Sequence record: OQ174504.1
Direction: 5' to 3' (one strand)
DNA from: Escherichia phage REP5
DNA length: 64,000 nucleotides
Of this stretch, positions 63,035 to 64,000 are shown in pieces. The position numbers were made by a program, and so were the translations under genes. Numbering within the stretch: position 1 is the first letter of the stretch; each line of letters starts with the position of its first letter. Under the pieces are notes generated by a model. It ran no database searches. It saw nothing but the letters and a program-made list of their open reading frames with translations, and was not told where the DNA came from.

Positions 63035-64000
63035 TAAGGAACCTCTAAAAATCCACTATTCAAATCATCTACAACAGTATTCAATAGGTACGCACCGTTC
63101 TGTTGCTCCTGATTAGCATTCTGCTCTTTATCAATTTCCATCTTCTTAATCATGTACTTCAAAGGTGGTTCTTTAGGAGCTACAAAATCTCTGGGAATGC
63201 CAAACATATCATACAGTGGGGCAGCATTATAGTAAACCCACTCATGAAGAAGCTTTGTATTTAAGCCAACTACAGCACGTCCTTCGGAGAAGATATAATA
63301 CGACCATTTCTCTTCACTTTCAACTACTTCATCCAAGATTACTTTAATCTCTGGAAGAATTTGTTGAAAAGCTTTCTGCCACTCATCATCTCTCAAAGTT
63401 TCTTTTAAAACTTCAATATCAATTTTAGTGTGGAGGATTTCATCAAGCATAATCTTCTGCACAGCTTGAGCAATACCCTGAAATTTATCTTGAGCATCAA
63501 GTGCAAAAGTACATGCAAAGGATGCCATAAAAGATATACCTTCCAGTGCAGTCACTGCAAATAGACCTTTCAGAATCACTTTATGGAAGTGTAAAGGGTC
63601 TTTGTCCAGAAGTGAATCACGGACATAACTCAGACGGTAGTTTATACCTTCATCCAGTAATTCTTCAAGAACACGATTCACAGTTTTTAATCGGTCTTGC
63701 ACAGCAACATTCTGGTTAATCTCATCTAAGATTGTTTCAGGGTTTTTAATACATTGCCTTACAATCTCTGAGTAAGTAAGAGCATGTAGGTTTTCAATCT
63801 CAGACTGCTTCATGATTGCAGTTGCATAAATGTCATCAGAGATAAAGGGTGCAAAGGCAAATGCCAAGCTCTTAGCAACTTGAGTATCTGCTTCCCACTG
63901 CCACTTAAGAATCTCAAGCATTACACCTGACATTGATGCTGGGACACTCTCAAAATCAAGACGTGATTGTTCAAAAGGGAACTCATCTTCTGACCAGTCT
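63034..64000 (-). CDS. nrdB: ribonucleotide reductase small subunit (beta), 5'-truncated at window end
   Basis: Open to window edge; E..H...Y pattern (SEIENLHALTY) and second ExxH (MLDEILH) consistent with di-iron/tyrosyl site. Confidence 0.65.
   Translation of the reverse strand, partial: DWSEDEFPFEQSRLDFESVPASMSGVMLEILKWQWEADTQVAKSLAFAFAPFISDDIYATAIMKQSEIENLHALTYSEIVRQCIKNPETILDEINQNVAVQDRLKTVNRVLEELLDEGINYRLSYVRDSLLDKDPLHFHKVILKGLFAVTALEGISFMASFACTFALDAQDKFQGIAQAVQKIMLDEILHTKIDIEVLKETLRDDEWQKAFQQILPEIKVILDEVVESEEKWSYYIFSEGRAVVGLNTKLLHEWVYYNAAPLYDMFGIPRDFVAPKEPPLKYMIKKMEIDKEQNANQEQQNGAYLLNTVVDDLNSGFLEVP

Overview
This window reads as a contiguous segment of a large virulent tailed phage (myovirus-type) genome, with no sign of host chromosome. 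From memory, the gene content resembles FelixO1-like phages, but that is an unverified inference. Left to right: (1) a minus-strand late structural module, 1-22174: tail fibers, Mu/P2-like baseplate, tape measure, frameshifted chaperone pair, tube, sheath, neck, major capsid, S49 prohead protease, portal, large terminase; (2) a minus-strand tRNA cluster, 22387-27325, with about 28 tRNA or tRNA-like genes, two embedded ORFs and several non-tRNA spacers; (3) a vWA-like gene and a plus-strand block, 29608-36269, containing a T4-lysozyme-type endolysin and ten small unknown genes; (4) a 1.6-kb ORF-free, repeat-saturated region, 36300-37920, at a convergent strand switch; (5) a minus-strand cluster of 13 small unknown genes, 37965-43307, 11 of which carry a repeated upstream cassette (hairpin plus near-identical ribosome-binding site, often a promoter-like hexamer pair); (6) a minus-strand accessory/metabolic block, 43815-64000: macro-domain protein, overlapping spanin-like pair, ParB-like protein plus Dam methyltransferase, rIIA/rIIB, a Prs-like plus NAMPT-like pair (candidate NAD+ reconstitution module), NrdG, NrdD split by a small ORF-less group I intron, NrdH and a 5'-truncated NrdB. 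All calls come from reading the sequence and the ORF track by eye; no searches were run, and tRNA folds and coordinates are manual (about +/-3 nt).
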